64,000 nt of DNA from Macrostomum lignano (Eukaryota): the NCBI GenBank assembly GCA_002269645.1, contig NIVC01003240.1:1-64000 (forward strand), written 5' to 3'. Made by a program: the position numbers and the translations under genes. This document shows positions 49,920 through 62,816 of this stretch, piece by piece. The notes beneath the pieces were generated by a model. It saw nothing but the letters and a program-made list of their open reading frames with translations, had not been told where the DNA came from and did no database searches. Position 1 is the stretch's first letter. The number at the start of each line of letters is the position of its first letter.

Positions 49920-50700
49920 CCAGTGTGCTCAGAGGTCTCTGCCATCAAGATTCCCAGTGTGCTCAGAGGTCTCTGCCATCAAGATTCCCAGTGTGCTCAA
50001 AGGTCTCTGCCATCAAGATTCCCAGTGTGCTTAGAAGTGTCTGTCATCAAGATTCCCAGTGTGCTCAGAGGTCTCCGTCATCAAGATTCCCAGTGTGCTC
50101 AGAGGTCTCCGTCATCAAGATTCCCAGTGTGCTCAGAGGTCTCTGCCATCAAGATTCCCAGTGTGCTCAGAGGTCTCTGTCATCAAGATTCCCAGTGTGC
50201 TCAGAGGTGTCTGTCATCAAGATTCCCAGTGTGCTCAGAGGTGTCTGTCATCAAGATTCCCAGTGTGCTCAGAGGTGTCTGTCATCAAGATTCCCAGTGT
50301 GCTCAGAGGTCTCCGTCATCAAGATTCCCAGTGTGCTCAGAGGTCTATGCCATCAAGATTCCCAGTGTGCTCAGAGATGTCTGTCATCAAGATTTCCAGT
50401 GTGCTCAGAGGTGTCTGTCATCAAGATTCCCAGTGTGCTCAGAGGTCTATGCCATCAAGATTCCCAGTGTGCTCAGAGGTGTCTGTCATCAAGCATTCCC
50501 AGTGTGCTCAGAGGTCTCTGCCATCAAGATTCCCAGTGTGATTAGAAGTGTCTGCCATCAAGCATTCCCAGTGTGCTCAGAGGTGTCTGTCATCAAGCAT
50601 TCCCAGTGTGCTCAGAGGTGTCTGTCATCAAGATTCCCAGTGTGCTCAGAGGTGTCTGTCATCAAGATTCCCAGTGTGCTCAGAGGTGACTGTCATAAAG
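49920..50700. repeat. 34-bp minisatellite
   Basis: Unit CAGTGTGCTCAGAGGT(C/G)TCTG(C/T)CATCAAGATTCC. Confidence 0.95.
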
Positions 50701-52101
50701 ATTTTCTGCGTGCTTTGGTCCCTATATATGGTCAAACTATAGTGCTATCGTAAGAATACATTTCAAATGAGGTTGTAAACAAATAAACGAGGTATAAAGC
50801 ACGTGCTCACATCACGAAAGAGGGAACAGTAAGATAAATATAACGGATAAAAATGCCCGGAGCTGAGTTCACCTGATAATATCGGGAATGCTGCTGTTTC
50901 TCTTTTTTCTAGATATGAATATGCGCTAACTAACGTGTTATTGCAAGGAAAAAAACGATACGTATCAACATTTCGTACAGTATGGCTATCGCAGCTAATA
51001 TATGAAATTGACATTATTTCATAACAGAACAATATAACAACTATTTCAATCTGAGGGGGTTACTTCGCCTTTTGCAGCGAAATCTGTTGACGATAAAATG
51101 GCTCCATGGGTTCCTGGGTAGCCATGTAAACTAATGTGAAAGGGGTTAACTTCTCTCCCAAAAGCTGACCCCAAGTTGTTACAGGGCTGACCTAATCTCA
51201 GCTGTTCTCACCAATTTTTACGTAGGGTTATCTTCTAATGTGATATCTTGATGTACTTTTTAACACTGTACTATGTACTGGTAGTGTATCAGGTAAAGTC
51301 AATAGCGTATTATGTATTATTGGCCTGAGCGGTCTTTATGGCTAGTGCTAGTGCTAGATCTAGTGCTAGTGCTAGTATAAAGCACTAGCCCTGAGGCTGA
51401 TTATCAATTTCGTCTCCAAATATGATAGTTGGAGAGGTACCAAGAACTCAATTGAGCGTGAGAAGAAACCAGGATCAAAAGAGTTTATTTTATTTGGCTT
51501 GCAGTCTGCTTCTATTTATACTAAGAAATGCCCTTACTGTTTAAAACGAAATTATGGGATAATAAATAATTTTTTTATTCGTAAAGTTTAAGTACCGTTT
51601 TCTAAGAAGTGCAAATTAAGCCTACTTAACTAAGCCACCTAGTCACATGTTGGACCTTAATGTGAAAGAACTTTTAAGATCCTGCAAATGGAAAAGGCTC
51701 TGTGGAGAAAGCAACCAACCAGACCATATATTCTACTGCCTGCTACCAGAGTTCAAATCTCAGCATAGGGCTTGTGAAACCGTAGGATTTCTAAACACGG
51801 TGGTAATGGTATGTCAACATCAGTGTCAAGAGAGGGGAATTTTACGTCTTCCTTCAACGGTGAATTTGATATTTTTACAGGTAGAGCTGGCGATGTTGAC
51901 AAACTAGTCCTGGTCGAGTTTCGCCTTCGAAAATAGCGAGCGTAATCGTCAGCGTAGCGTTTGTACTAGCGAGGAGCACCACAAAGGAGAGCCATCCCTA
52001 GTTCTTTTGCTTGTTTTGTTCCATCTTTGAGAGAGCACAAAGGCACAAACCTTGAGCGCGCCGGATTGCTATTGGGAAGTTTCAAAGACCTTAGGGTAGT
52101 G

Positions 52102-52180
52102 CTTGTCGTCACATTGTAATGCTTGTCGTCACACTGTAATGCTTGCCGTCACACTGTAACGCTTGTCGTCACACTAAAGC
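52102..52180. repeat. 20-bp tandem repeat, 4 copies
   Basis: Unit GCTTGTCGTCACACTGTAAT. Confidence 0.8.
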
Positions 52181-53793
52181 TTGTTGCAATACCGGCTGCT
52201 CAGTCGGAATCGTGAGACAAACAGAGCGGGCCGGCACGACTCACCACCCACACCCATCGCCCGCCACCAACATACAGGCAAGAACAAAGTATGCGAGCGC
52301 TTCTCCCCTCGATGCGTTCAACGCACTGAATTACTCAAAGGGGTGATGGACACAATATTGCAATGTTGCGAAAACCGGTCTGCCGCAGTATTTGCTGCCA
52401 GATGAATAGTAAATCGGCAGTATAGGGACAAGAAGCCAAATTGCCTGCGCAATTAAAGCAACCGTATGCAGCGTCGAAATTATGCTCCTTAAAGACAAGT
52501 ACAATACGAGCACCACGATAAATGCTATTCTTTATGCACCTACAGGTATAATTGCTGTGGCTTGCGCACCTGGCACCTCTCTGATGTTTTAGCCATCTGG
52601 CATAGCGACGCTTTTTAGACGCGCACAGTTTGAAGAAGAAGCGCACCTGCTTCTCCTAGAATTGGATAATTATAAAAGCCTTCAATATATAATATCGCAC
52701 CAGGAAGCGATGAGAGTGGGGATAGTTCTGTCTCCAGAGGGGGGGGGGTTAAAGATACGTTTTCGCTGGACACAGAGATTGCCGTCAAAAATCTTCTAAA
52801 GTGTGTCTGTTGACTCGGTGCACAAAAGGCTTAAAAAGTTATACTCGTACATTTATTATAAAGCGCTGGGTACTAGCCGCACGATTTTATTGTTTATTGC
52901 TAAGTACATTACATAATGCAGCCCGAAGTGCAATCTATGGCTACTTCGGTAGTTAGAAGAATCTTGCAAGATATGTTCATAATCATAGATTATACTCGCA
53001 GAGGTGTTTCTTAATAATTCTCATGCTTAAGTTTTTGTAAGATTCGAGTAACTTAAATCTTTGATAATCTTAGTAAAATTGGAATTCTGTTTAAATTAGT
53101 TTTGTACCCGTACTGAAATATTTCGGCAGGTATAGCTTTCAGCAGGGTAACCAAGACTGTACATGTAGGTAGGAAAGTTCGTGTGCTCAGGAGTCAGAGC
53201 TTGTTGCGGGACGATGTTACCGAAGCCATTGCACCAGGGTGCTTGTAGCCCTCATTCAAATATTTATGCATGTATGATAGCAAAGAACCGCTGGCTTAGA
53301 AATTTCCTAATTTAAATATTTATTCGAGAATGAAAAGATTTCAGATAGTGGTTCTAGAAAAACTTGGGGTAAAATTCTTTCGCTTGGCTTCTTGCTGGCG
53401 AAATACTTGTGCTCTGTAGACTTCCTTTAATCCACAATTGCCGATGGGAGTCCACTTTGAATTTATAAGCGCGACTGACTTTACTTGCTTTATTAGAAGA
53501 AACTCGGCGCTTTCTTGAAGCATATTTTTCAAAAAACGTCAGAACAGAACAGAACGCAGAAAATATGATTATACTCGTAGAACTTCGTTCAATCAAATGC
53601 GCGACGAATACGTACAACTGCGTGCACACGTTTCACAATCGTAGGTGCAACCATCTGTAGGTGCAGTTGATACGATATAAAAATTAGAAACAATATTTGC
53701 TTTTCGATTCTTTTCGATATGATTAAATTTGATATTAACGAATTATTGGCATTCGTCCAGTGGATCTACTAATCAAGGAACTGTCATTGTCCC

Positions 53794-54837
53794 CTATACT
53801 GTTGTCTCGTGAACAATGTAAGCCCAGGATTGCTTTTTCTCGCTTCTGTGGTTGCCATGGGCAACGAAGACCGTTTCGGCTGGAGCCGCCGACTGGCGCC
53901 GCCGTTTACTGCGATGCTGCCGGACAGCAGCGAGGCCGGTGGTGCAGGCCAGCAGCCCGAAGTTGAACAGCGAGTCCAGCTCAACCAGGGTGTTCACTAC
54001 GAGCTCTGTCACCGGAGTCTTGCTTCGTACAAAGCCGCACACGTCTGTCGGACTTTCCAGCAGGAGGCAGGTGACTGACAGGGCCACGACAAGGCGCACG
54101 GCCTGCTTCTCGTGGCGATGCATCTGGCTCCGGCGTCGATTATTTGAGTCGCCTTTGGTCGCCGCCGATGCCGGTAAGATGGCGGTGTTGTCCAAGTTGG
54201 CCTGCGGTCGAGCGGTGGCCGCTTTGCGCAGGGCGCAGACGGTCAGGCAGGTGGCGGTGAACACTGAGACGATGGGCAGGATGCCTTGGTAGGTGTAGAA
54301 GACGATCTCCACAATGTGCTCATGTCGCATCGGCGCCTGCTGAGCTGCCGACTCCTGCGCCAGCACCATCAGGATGCTGAGACAGAGCGCCACCGTGCCG
54401 GCTGCCGTCTCCATGGCAACCAGGTGAGTCGGCTTGAATGCCGAGTCGGAGCGGACGGCCAGCGGACAGCAGACGGCCTCGACGCGAGACCACGAGATGA
54501 AGCCCATTGTCCAGTTCCGCATGGTAAGGGAGAACCGCAGCAGCACGGAGAGCGCGGTGGGCCCGACGCCCTGCTGCGAAGACTGAGCCAGGTGCCGGGC
54601 GTAGAAGGTGATGACGGAGCCGTGGAACAGGGCCTCGAAGGCCGACATGGCGGCGAGGAGCCGGCGCAGCACCGGGTGCACCGGGGCGCTGGCTCTGGTG
54701 AAGAAGACCAGCGCTACGATTGAGCAGGCGGCGTTCACGGCCGACAGCGGAATGTAGGTGAGCGGCTCCAGCGGGTGCACCGCGACTGGCAGGATGGAAG
54801 AGGCGTTGCTATGCGCGAATTCCCGAGCAGCTTCCAT
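53794..54837 (-). CDS. Intronless divergent class A (rhodopsin-like) 7TM GPCR, peptide/chemoreceptor-like orphan, 347 aa
   Basis: ATG at 54837. About seven hydrophobic segments; TM3 end ISWSRVEAVCCPL (cf. SxERYxAVCHPL); TM6 AVRLVVALSVTCLLLESP; TM7 VNTLVELDSLFNF (cf. NLLVxLNSSxNF). Confidence 0.85.
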   Translation of the reverse strand: MEAAREFAHSNASSILPVAVHPLEPLTYIPLSAVNAACSIVALVFFTRASAPVHPVLRRLLAAMSAFEALFHGSVITFYARHLAQSSQQGVGPTALSVLLRFSLTMRNWTMGFISWSRVEAVCCPLAVRSDSAFKPTHLVAMETAAGTVALCLSILMVLAQESAAQQAPMRHEHIVEIVFYTYQGILPIVSVFTATCLTVCALRKAATARPQANLDNTAILPASAATKGDSNNRRRSQMHRHEKQAVRLVVALSVTCLLLESPTDVCGFVRSKTPVTELVVNTLVELDSLFNFGLLACTTGLAAVRQHRSKRRRQSAAPAETVFVAHGNHRSEKKQSWAYIVHETTV

Positions 54838-55851
54838 GACAGTGATGCGATTATCGAGGCTAAAACAGAGCTCCACTTTCTTGAGTGGATATAATAAAAT
54901 TCGGTCGTATTTCAGTTGGAGCAGCCCCTGATTATATTAGCCAATACGCGATCAGGGAGGAGCCCAGCCAATCAATTTGGGTAGCTTAGCACTACGGAAT
55001 TAACTGGCCAGAGGTCTCTCCATTGTAGAATCGAAGTAATGCGCGGCAAATGAGGAAAAATTGTGTGAGCCCAGCTCGGCTCTCTCTAGGCCCGCACTTG
55101 GAGCGGTAATAAGTGGAGCGAACGCCGATGCGGTCTCTGCTTTTATCGTGCGCATATCTGATTAGGGCGAAGCCGACGCCTTGGCCAAGTTCTTCCGCTG
55201 GCCTCCAGCTTGTTGGGATCGAACAAAACGCAGCAAACCGGTTTACTTGGTTTAACAAATGAATGCCGAAAAGTTGAAGCCACATCGAAATGTACTTTTT
55301 TCGTTCTTTGGCTGGCTTTGATCGATCTATTTTTTTCACGAGCTAGTCAAGCGCTTATAACTGCTTATTCGTGTGTGAATAATCTAGTTAACTGAATGCG
55401 TTTAGGCTTATATGGTTTCAATGACTTCCTTAGTATATCCCTGGCTTAACATCGTGAGTGATTAGAGCAGGGGTCGAAAATCTTTTTTTTCACCTCGGAG
55501 GGCAAGATAAAGAATTCAGCCGATGCCCATGGCTACGGATGAGAAAAGAAAGACGAGAAAATACACTGGTAGATTATTTGAGATGGGAGAGAGGGGAGAG
55601 AGGAGAGAGGAGTGAAGAGAAAGAGCTGAGAAGAGACCATAGCCGGACTACTACACGATTATGAAGTTTCAAAGGCTTCGCCGATAAAGAGGCTTCGCTT
55701 GCCGGAGAGTTTGCCGACCCTTGGAGTAGAGTCTTGTTTACTCATTCTGATACATTGAAACACTTGATTCCAGCTCTGTGATTGCGCAAAGTTTCAGAAC
55801 AGTAACTTGTCCGCCTCTATACGTACCTCTAACAGTCTGTAAGTATGAGCT

Positions 55852-57835
55852 CTAGCCTCTATCTCGCTTATCTCCCTGCCTCTACCTCGCTTATCTCCCT
55901 GCCTCTATCTCTCTTATCTTCCTGTCTCTATCTCGCTTATCTTCCTGTCTCTATCTCGCTTATCTCCCTGCCTCTATCTCTCTTATCTTCCTGTCTCTAT
56001 CTCGCTTATCTCCCTGTCTCTATCTCGCTTATCTCCCTGCCTCTATCTCGCTTATCTCCCTGTCTCTATCTCGCTTATCTCCCTGCCTCTACCTCGCTTA
56101 TCTCCCTGCCTCTATCTCGCTTATCTCCCTGCCTCTACCTCGCTTATCTCCCTGCCTCTACCTCGCTTATCTCCCTGCCTCTACCTCGCTTATCTCCTTG
56201 CCTCTACCTCGCTTATCTCGCTTATCTCCCTGTCTCTATCTCGCTTATCTCCCTGCCTCTACCTCTCTTATCTCCCTGTCTCTATCTCGCTTATCTCGCT
56301 TATCTCCCTGTCTCTATTTCGCTTATCTCCCTGTCTCTATCTCGCTTATCTCCCTGTCTCTATCTCGCTTATCTCCCTGTCTCTATCTCGCTTATCTCCC
56401 TGTCTATCTCGCTTATCTCCCTGCCTCTACCTCGCTTATCTCCCTGCCTCTATCTCGCTTATCTCCCTGCCTCTACCTCGCTTATCTCCCTGCCTCTACC
56501 TCGCTTATCTCCCTGCCTCTACCTCGCTTATCTCCCTGCCTCTACCTCGCTTATCTCCTTGCCTCTACCTCGCTTATCTCGCTTATCTCCCTGTCTCTAT
56601 CTCGCTTATCTCCCTGCCTCTACCTCTCTTATCTCCTTGTCTCTATCCCTCTTATCTCCCTGTCTCTATCTCGCTTATCTCGCTTATCTCCCTGTCTCTA
56701 TTTCGCTTATCTCCCTGTCTCTATCTCGCTTATCTCCCTGTCTCTATCTCGCTTATCTCCCTGTCTATCTCGCTTATCTCCCTGCCTCTACCTCGCTTAT
56801 CTCCCTGCCTCTATCTCGCTTATCTCCCTGCCTCTACCTCTCTTATCTCCCTGCCTCTACCTCGCTTATCTCCCTGCCTCTACCTCGCTTATCTCCCTGC
56901 CTCTACCTCGCTTATCTCCCTGTCTCTATCTCGCTTATCTCCCTGTCTATCTCGCTTATCTCCCTGCCTCTACCTCGCTTATCTCCCTGCCTCTATCTCG
57001 CTTATCTCCCTGCCTCTACCTCGCTTATCTCCCTGCCTCTACCTCGCTTATCTCCCTGCCTCTACCTCGCTTATCTCCCTGCCTCTACCTCGCTTATCTC
57101 CTTGCCTCTACCTCGCTTATCTCGCTTATCTCCCTGTCTCTATCTCGCTTATCTCCCTGCCTCTACCTCTCTTATCTCCTTGTCTCTATCCCTCTTATCT
57201 CCCTGTCTCTATCTCGCTTATCTCGCTTATCTCCCTGTCTCTATTTCGCTTATCTCCCTGTCTATCTCGCTTATCTCCCTGCCTCTACCTCGCTTATCTC
57301 CCTGCCTCTATCTCGCTTATCTCCCTGCCTCTACCTCTCTTATCTCCCTGCCTCTACCTCGCTTATCTCCCTGCCTCTACCTCGCTTATCTCCCTGCCTC
57401 TACCTCGCTTATCTCCTTGCCTCTACCTCGCTTATCTCCCTGCCTCTATCTCGCTTATCTCCCTGCCTCTACCTCGCTTATCTCCTTGTCTCTATCCCTC
57501 TTATCTCCCTGCCTCTACCTCGCTTATCTCCCTGCCTCTATCTCGCTTATCTCCCTGCCTCTACCTCTCTTATCTCCTTGTCTCTATCCCTCTTATCTTC
57601 CTGTCTCTACCTACAGTATCTCCCTGCCTCTATCTCTCTTATCTTTCCGCCTCTACCTCTCTTATCTTCCTGTCTCTACCTCTCTTATCTCCCTGTTTTT
57701 ATCTCTCTTATCTCCTGGTCTCTACCTCTCTTATCTTTCCGCCTCTACCTCTCTTATCTCCCTGTTTTTATCTCTCTTATCTCCCTGTTTTTATCTCTCT
57801 TATCTCCCTGTTTTTATCTCTCTTATCTCCCTGTC
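55852..57835. repeat. 23-bp pyrimidine-rich minisatellite with an internal ~540-bp duplication
   Basis: Unit (T/C)CTCTA(T/C)CTCGCTTATCTCCCTG; a diagnostic variant recurs at 56641 and 57184. Confidence 0.95.
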
Positions 57836-59018
57836 TCTAAAGCACTGTCTTTTAATCCTAATCGATTAATATCTTTTTAAAAGAATGACCCGTCTATTTT
57901 TTTTTCTGGCAGCCTAATTAGCTTTGCGCGAGCATCTTGTATGCGATGTAGAGCATTCTCCCCTCCCCTGCTTCCCTCTCCTGGGAAATAGCAGAAATTT
58001 CCTATTTGCATTGCCGTCTGTGTCACACTGTACAAGTCAAGCCTGCCCATCCTCTCCTATCAGCGGATTTGCGAAATATTTTAGTACAAGTTGTTCTTTA
58101 ATTTAGTTTGGCCAGACCGCCCCCGCTAGCAGCCTGTCCGGTCAATTGTAACCGGCACAATATAGAAATTTGCATCCCAATAGGCTTCAACTGAAAGCGA
58201 AGCGGAAAGGAGAGAAGGTCAATCTCAAATGAAGCTCAAACGCGCTTCATCCCGGATGGAAGATGGGGGCGGCAGATCCAGTCCCTGGGGGGGGGGGGTG
58301 GGGGCGGCTCGCTCAGTCGCGAATAATAATAAGACTTTTTGTCTTCAAAGTAAAAATACTCGTACAACCGACACTTCAAAGAGACAAAAAGCAGTGCCGT
58401 TTATAATTAAGCCTCTTTAAACCGCTCTGGTGTGGCGGAGGGTGGGGGCTGCTAGACTGATTGAAGGACCGTTCACAGCGCTAGACTGACTCGAGGATTT
58501 CTCTCTTTTTAACCTGAGCTGTTTTGCTCGCGGCGATTCTAATTACTGATCATGAAAACATTATTATGGCGGGCCAGGAGGCCAACCAAGCGACAACGTC
58601 CTAAGTTATCTGATCCACTTTTTAGGCGCTTTCCCCTAGGGGGGAGTCTCACTTTCCTACTCTTTCTACTCGGCTGTCTTCTCTTCTTCATTATAGCGTC
58701 TTGAGATGCTTCTAATTATTGATCCGCAAAGCACACACTCGCAAGAACGAATATATAATACACGCTCGTAATAGCACTAGCTGCTATCGATGATGGGGCC
58801 TGAAAGCCGGACAGGATGGCTGACTGACAGAATTGCTATGTCTCTCAGACGCCAAATACGCGCTTTGTGCTTTGTTCGCGTGCAAAAATTAATTAAATTG
58901 CTAGCTTGCATTGTAGCTGAGAACATTGATCGTATCATTACAGGGATAATTTCATTTCAATACATATTATAGTTCATTACATGCATACTAGCTAGGAGTG
59001 TTCGGGACGGGGTAGCTA

Positions 59019-61195
59019 GATTAAGCGCGCCAGGAACAAGCGCGCATTTTCGCACATATTTTACATGGTTCGGAATAAGCGCGCAGTTTACTTTCCACAG
59101 ACCGGAATAAGCGCGCAGTATTTTTGATCGATACAGGAAAAAGCGCGCAAAGCGCCATGACTTGGAACAAGCGCGCTAAAATTTTACCCGCTTTCGGAAT
59201 GGCTGACCAAATGATGGCAACAAAACGGCAAGCCGACCAGCCGGCTCTGGACTCTCAGCCTGTCTGGTATCAGCAGCTCCAGCCGGCTCTGGACTCTCAG
59301 CCTGTCTGGTATCAGCAGCTCCAGCCGGCTCTGGACTCTCAGCCTGTCTCGTATAAGCAGCTCCAGCCGGCTCTGGACTCTCAGCCTGTCTCGTATCAGC
59401 AGCTCCAGCCGGCTCTGGACTCTCAGCCTGTCTCGTATCAGCAGCTCCAGCCGGCTCTGGACTCTCAGCCTGTCTGGTATCAGCAGCTCCAGCCGGCTCT
59501 GGACTCTCAGCTTGTCTCGTATCAGCAGCTCCAGCCGGCTCTGGACTCTCAGCCTGTCTGGTATCAGCAGCTCCAGCCGGCTCTGGACTCTCAGCCTGTC
59601 TCGTATCAGCAGCTCCAGCCGGCTCTGGACTCTCAGCCTGTCTCGTATCAGCAGCTCCAGCCGGCTCTGGACTCTCAGCCTGTCTCGTATCAGCAGCTCC
59701 AGCCGGCTCTGGACTCTCAGTCTGTCTCGTATCAGCAGCTCCAGCCGGCTCTGGACTCTCAGCCTGTCTCGTATCAGCAGCTCCAGCCGGCTCTGGACTC
59801 TCAGCCTGTCTCGTATCAGCAGCTCCAGCCGGCTCTGGACTCTCAGCCTGTCTCGTATCAGCAGCTCCAGCCGGCTCTGGACTCTCAGCCTGTCTCGTAT
59901 CAGCAGCTCCAGCCGGCTCTGGACTCTCAGTCTGTCTCGTATCAGCAGCTCCAGCCGGCTCTGGACTCTCAGCCTGTCTCGTATCAGCAGCTCCAGCCGG
60001 CTCTGGACTCTCAGCTTGTCTCGTATCAGCAGCTCCAGCCGGCTCTGGACTCTCAGCCTGTCTCGTATCAGCAGCTCCAGCCGGCTCTGGACTCTCAGCC
60101 TGTCTCGTATCAGCAGCTCCAGCCGGCTCTGGACTCTCAGTCTGTCTCGTATCAGCAGCTCCAGCCGGCTCTGGACTCTCAGCCTGTCTCGTATCAGCAG
60201 CTCCAGCCGGCTCTGGACTCTCAGCCTGTCTCGTATCATCAGCTCCAGCCGGCTCTGGACTCTCAGCCTGTCTCGTATCAGCAGCTCCAGCCGGCTCTGG
60301 ACTCTCAGCCTGTCTGGTATCAGCAGCTCCAGCCGGCTCTGGACTCTCAGCCTGTCTCGTATCAGCAGCTCCAGCCGGCTCTGGACTCTCAGCCTGTCTC
60401 GTATCAGCAGCTCCAGCCGGCTCTGGACTCTCAGTCTGTCTCGTATCAGCAGCTCCAGCCGGCTCTGGACTCTCAGCCTGTCTGGTATCAGCAGCTCCAG
60501 CCGGCTCTGGACTCTCAGCCTGTCTCGTATCATCAGCTCCAGCCGGCTCTGGACTCTCAGCCTGTCTCGTATCAGCAGCTCCAGCCGGCTCTGGACTCTC
60601 AGCCTGTCTCGTATCAGCAGCTCCAGCCGGCTCTGGACTCTCAGCCTGTCTCGTATCAGCAGCTCCAGCCGGCTCTGGACTCTCAGCCTGTCTCGTATCA
60701 GCAGCTCCAGCCGGCTCTGGACTCTCAGCCTGTCTCGTATCAGCAGCTCCACCTCTACAACCAATGGTTTTATTAAGCAGCTCCATTTTTAATATTAGCG
60801 AACTTCTCAGCTGTAGTTTCAACTTTTAGCTCAGCTTTTAGCTTTTAGCAATTTTGTAACCTTGTAACCTTGCTTCGTCTTAAATACATAGTTTAAATTC
60901 GACTTTAATCTTAGTTCTGTTGAAAATCTGTGCGCGCTTATTCCAGGACTTTTAAAAAACGTTGCGCGCTCTTTCCTGTACCTAAGAATATGGATGCGCG
61001 CTTATTACAGTATTTTGACAAAACTTTGCGCGCTCATTCCTGTATCGAGAAATATCGATGCGCGCTTATTACAGTATTTTGATATATCGCAGCGCGCTTA
61101 TTCCAACATTTTTCCGTGCGCGCTTGTTCCCTGGCGCGCTTATTCCGACGTGTGCAAAAAATACACGTGCGCGCTTATTCCTGGCGCGCTTAATC
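59019..61195. mobile_element. Foldback-like element: long imperfect inverted arms enclosing a 42-bp array
   Basis: 59019-59046 is the reverse complement of 61168-61195 (27/28). The arms are built of GGAATAAGCGCGCA motifs at 32-bp spacing, and some spacers also match between arms. Confidence 0.6.
59235..60750. repeat. 42-bp minisatellite, about 36 copies
   Basis: Unit GCTCCAGCCGGCTCTGGACTCTCAGCCTGTCTCGTATCAGCA. Confidence 0.97.
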
Positions 61196-62634
61196 AGCCC
61201 TCCCTTGGTTCGGGGTTCGGGGATTAACCCCGAACCGGGTACTTCTACCTCGAACCTAACCCCGAATTTTCAATCAATCATTTCAATCAATAAATACGGT
61301 ATTTGGTTAAAATAGAGCGCTTTTTTATTTTACTATAATTTGAAACATTTTGGGCGCCGACGTAAGCTGAAAAATAAATAAATAATACGCAGCTTTATTG
61401 CTCTTTATAAGTGCAAATAATGACACAATTCCAACCCTTCAGGAAATTTAATTCAATGCGATTGTTAGACTCCCTCTGAGGGAAAAAGCGCTGATGCCAC
61501 CGATTCCTGGAAAAAATATGTTGGCCTCAGGTAATTCCTTTCCTTGTCTCAAATTGAATAAGAAGTAAATCATAAATCATAAAACGCATTTGACAAGCAA
61601 AAAGTTTTAGTTCATTCACGTCATACCTCGGCAGGCAGACAAAAATCAAGGACTTCTAGACTAGAAGTCCTTGACAAAAATATGCGCGGCCATCCAACGA
61701 AAAACATCTCAAACTTTATTTTGCTTCGCCCCTACGAGTACACACAGCTGTCCCACTCAATACGATACACTCATACACATCATACAGTTTCCGGCCTAAC
61801 TGACCCGTGAAACCTGGGGAGAAATAAATAGTTTTATAAATTACATACATATTTTATTATGATTAAAGCAGGCAGTTCAAACCACGTGTTAAAATAACTC
61901 CAGATGACTTTTTAAACATCAAAATCAACGACTTTCGTTATTTCCAAAAATTGATGCATGCATCCGTGGTACTATAACGAGATATTTTGGTAGAAACCGT
62001 TACATTTTTAGAGCAGTTTTAATGAAAGAGCCTCTTAATTAATCATTCGAAAAAAATATTTAATTACTAAACTTTTGTCGGAGTAAAATTGAAAACTTGT
62101 TATCACAGACCATGCAGCAACCTCGAACGTTTCAATTTGCTCTTGGGAAGTCGAGAAGTCGAGATATCTTATACGGATTCTTTATAAGGAAACTGAAGTC
62201 AGAACAGGTAAGTCACAGGGCCGTTTGCCATTGAGAATAGGAGAGAATGAGTGCTCGCTGGAAATGAGTCACTCCACAGATACTAGAATAACAGATATGT
62301 CACTCGGAATTAAAATTGTGAAAAAGTAGTTGTCTGCGCTAATGTAATTTAAATTTGATGTAGAAGGTAAAATTCCTTTCCTTCCTCTGGGCTTGCAGCC
62401 TCAAGAGCATATGGGGTTAAGAATGAACAAGCATTTGTTAACTCAATGTACACAAATGAACGCAAGGCGGACGAAACTCAGCCTAGGGGGGGGGGGGGTG
62501 GGGGCAGGCCCAATCTAGCTCAGCCAATGAGAGAGCAGTAGAGAGATGCCTGGGCGACAGCACTAATTCTCACTTGCTCTCTATGCCAAGCACTGAATTT
62601 GGGAATTTTACATTTTTATAGTTTTCTACAGTCT

Positions 62635-62816
62635 CAGTAGCGGATTTAGAGGTGGGGCGCACAGGGCGCGCGCCCCTCCGTTAAGTTTAATTTTTTTGAT
62701 TTTTATATGGAAAATACACATTATCATATACATATACTTGTACATGATATGAATATATATGTACCTTAGTAGTCTGCGCCCCCTCCCCCGTTCAAAATTT
62801 TCTGGATCCGCTACTG
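62635..62816. mobile_element. hAT-type MITE, 182 bp
   Basis: TIRs CAGTAGCGGAT / ATCCGCTACTG, subterminal GC-rich GGGGCGCA / TGCGCCCCC, imperfect flanking duplication ACAGTCT / TCAGTCT. Confidence 0.7.

Noticed and set aside
55845-57880. 674-aa and 560-aa hydrophobic ORFs
   Set aside because: Translations of a pyrimidine-rich 23-bp array that contains no stop triplets on this strand.
59124-60822. Four 426-550 aa ORFs over the 42-bp array
   Set aside because: The unit length is a multiple of three and lacks stops by chance. Unit variants are single-base changes that alter amino acids in the longest + frame, with no sign of synonymous bias. No domain recognised.
60931-61195. Repeat-spacer pattern resembling a CRISPR array
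   Set aside because: Repeats are only about 14 bp and degenerate, the spacers are mirrored in the opposite arm, there are no cas genes, and the context is eukaryotic.
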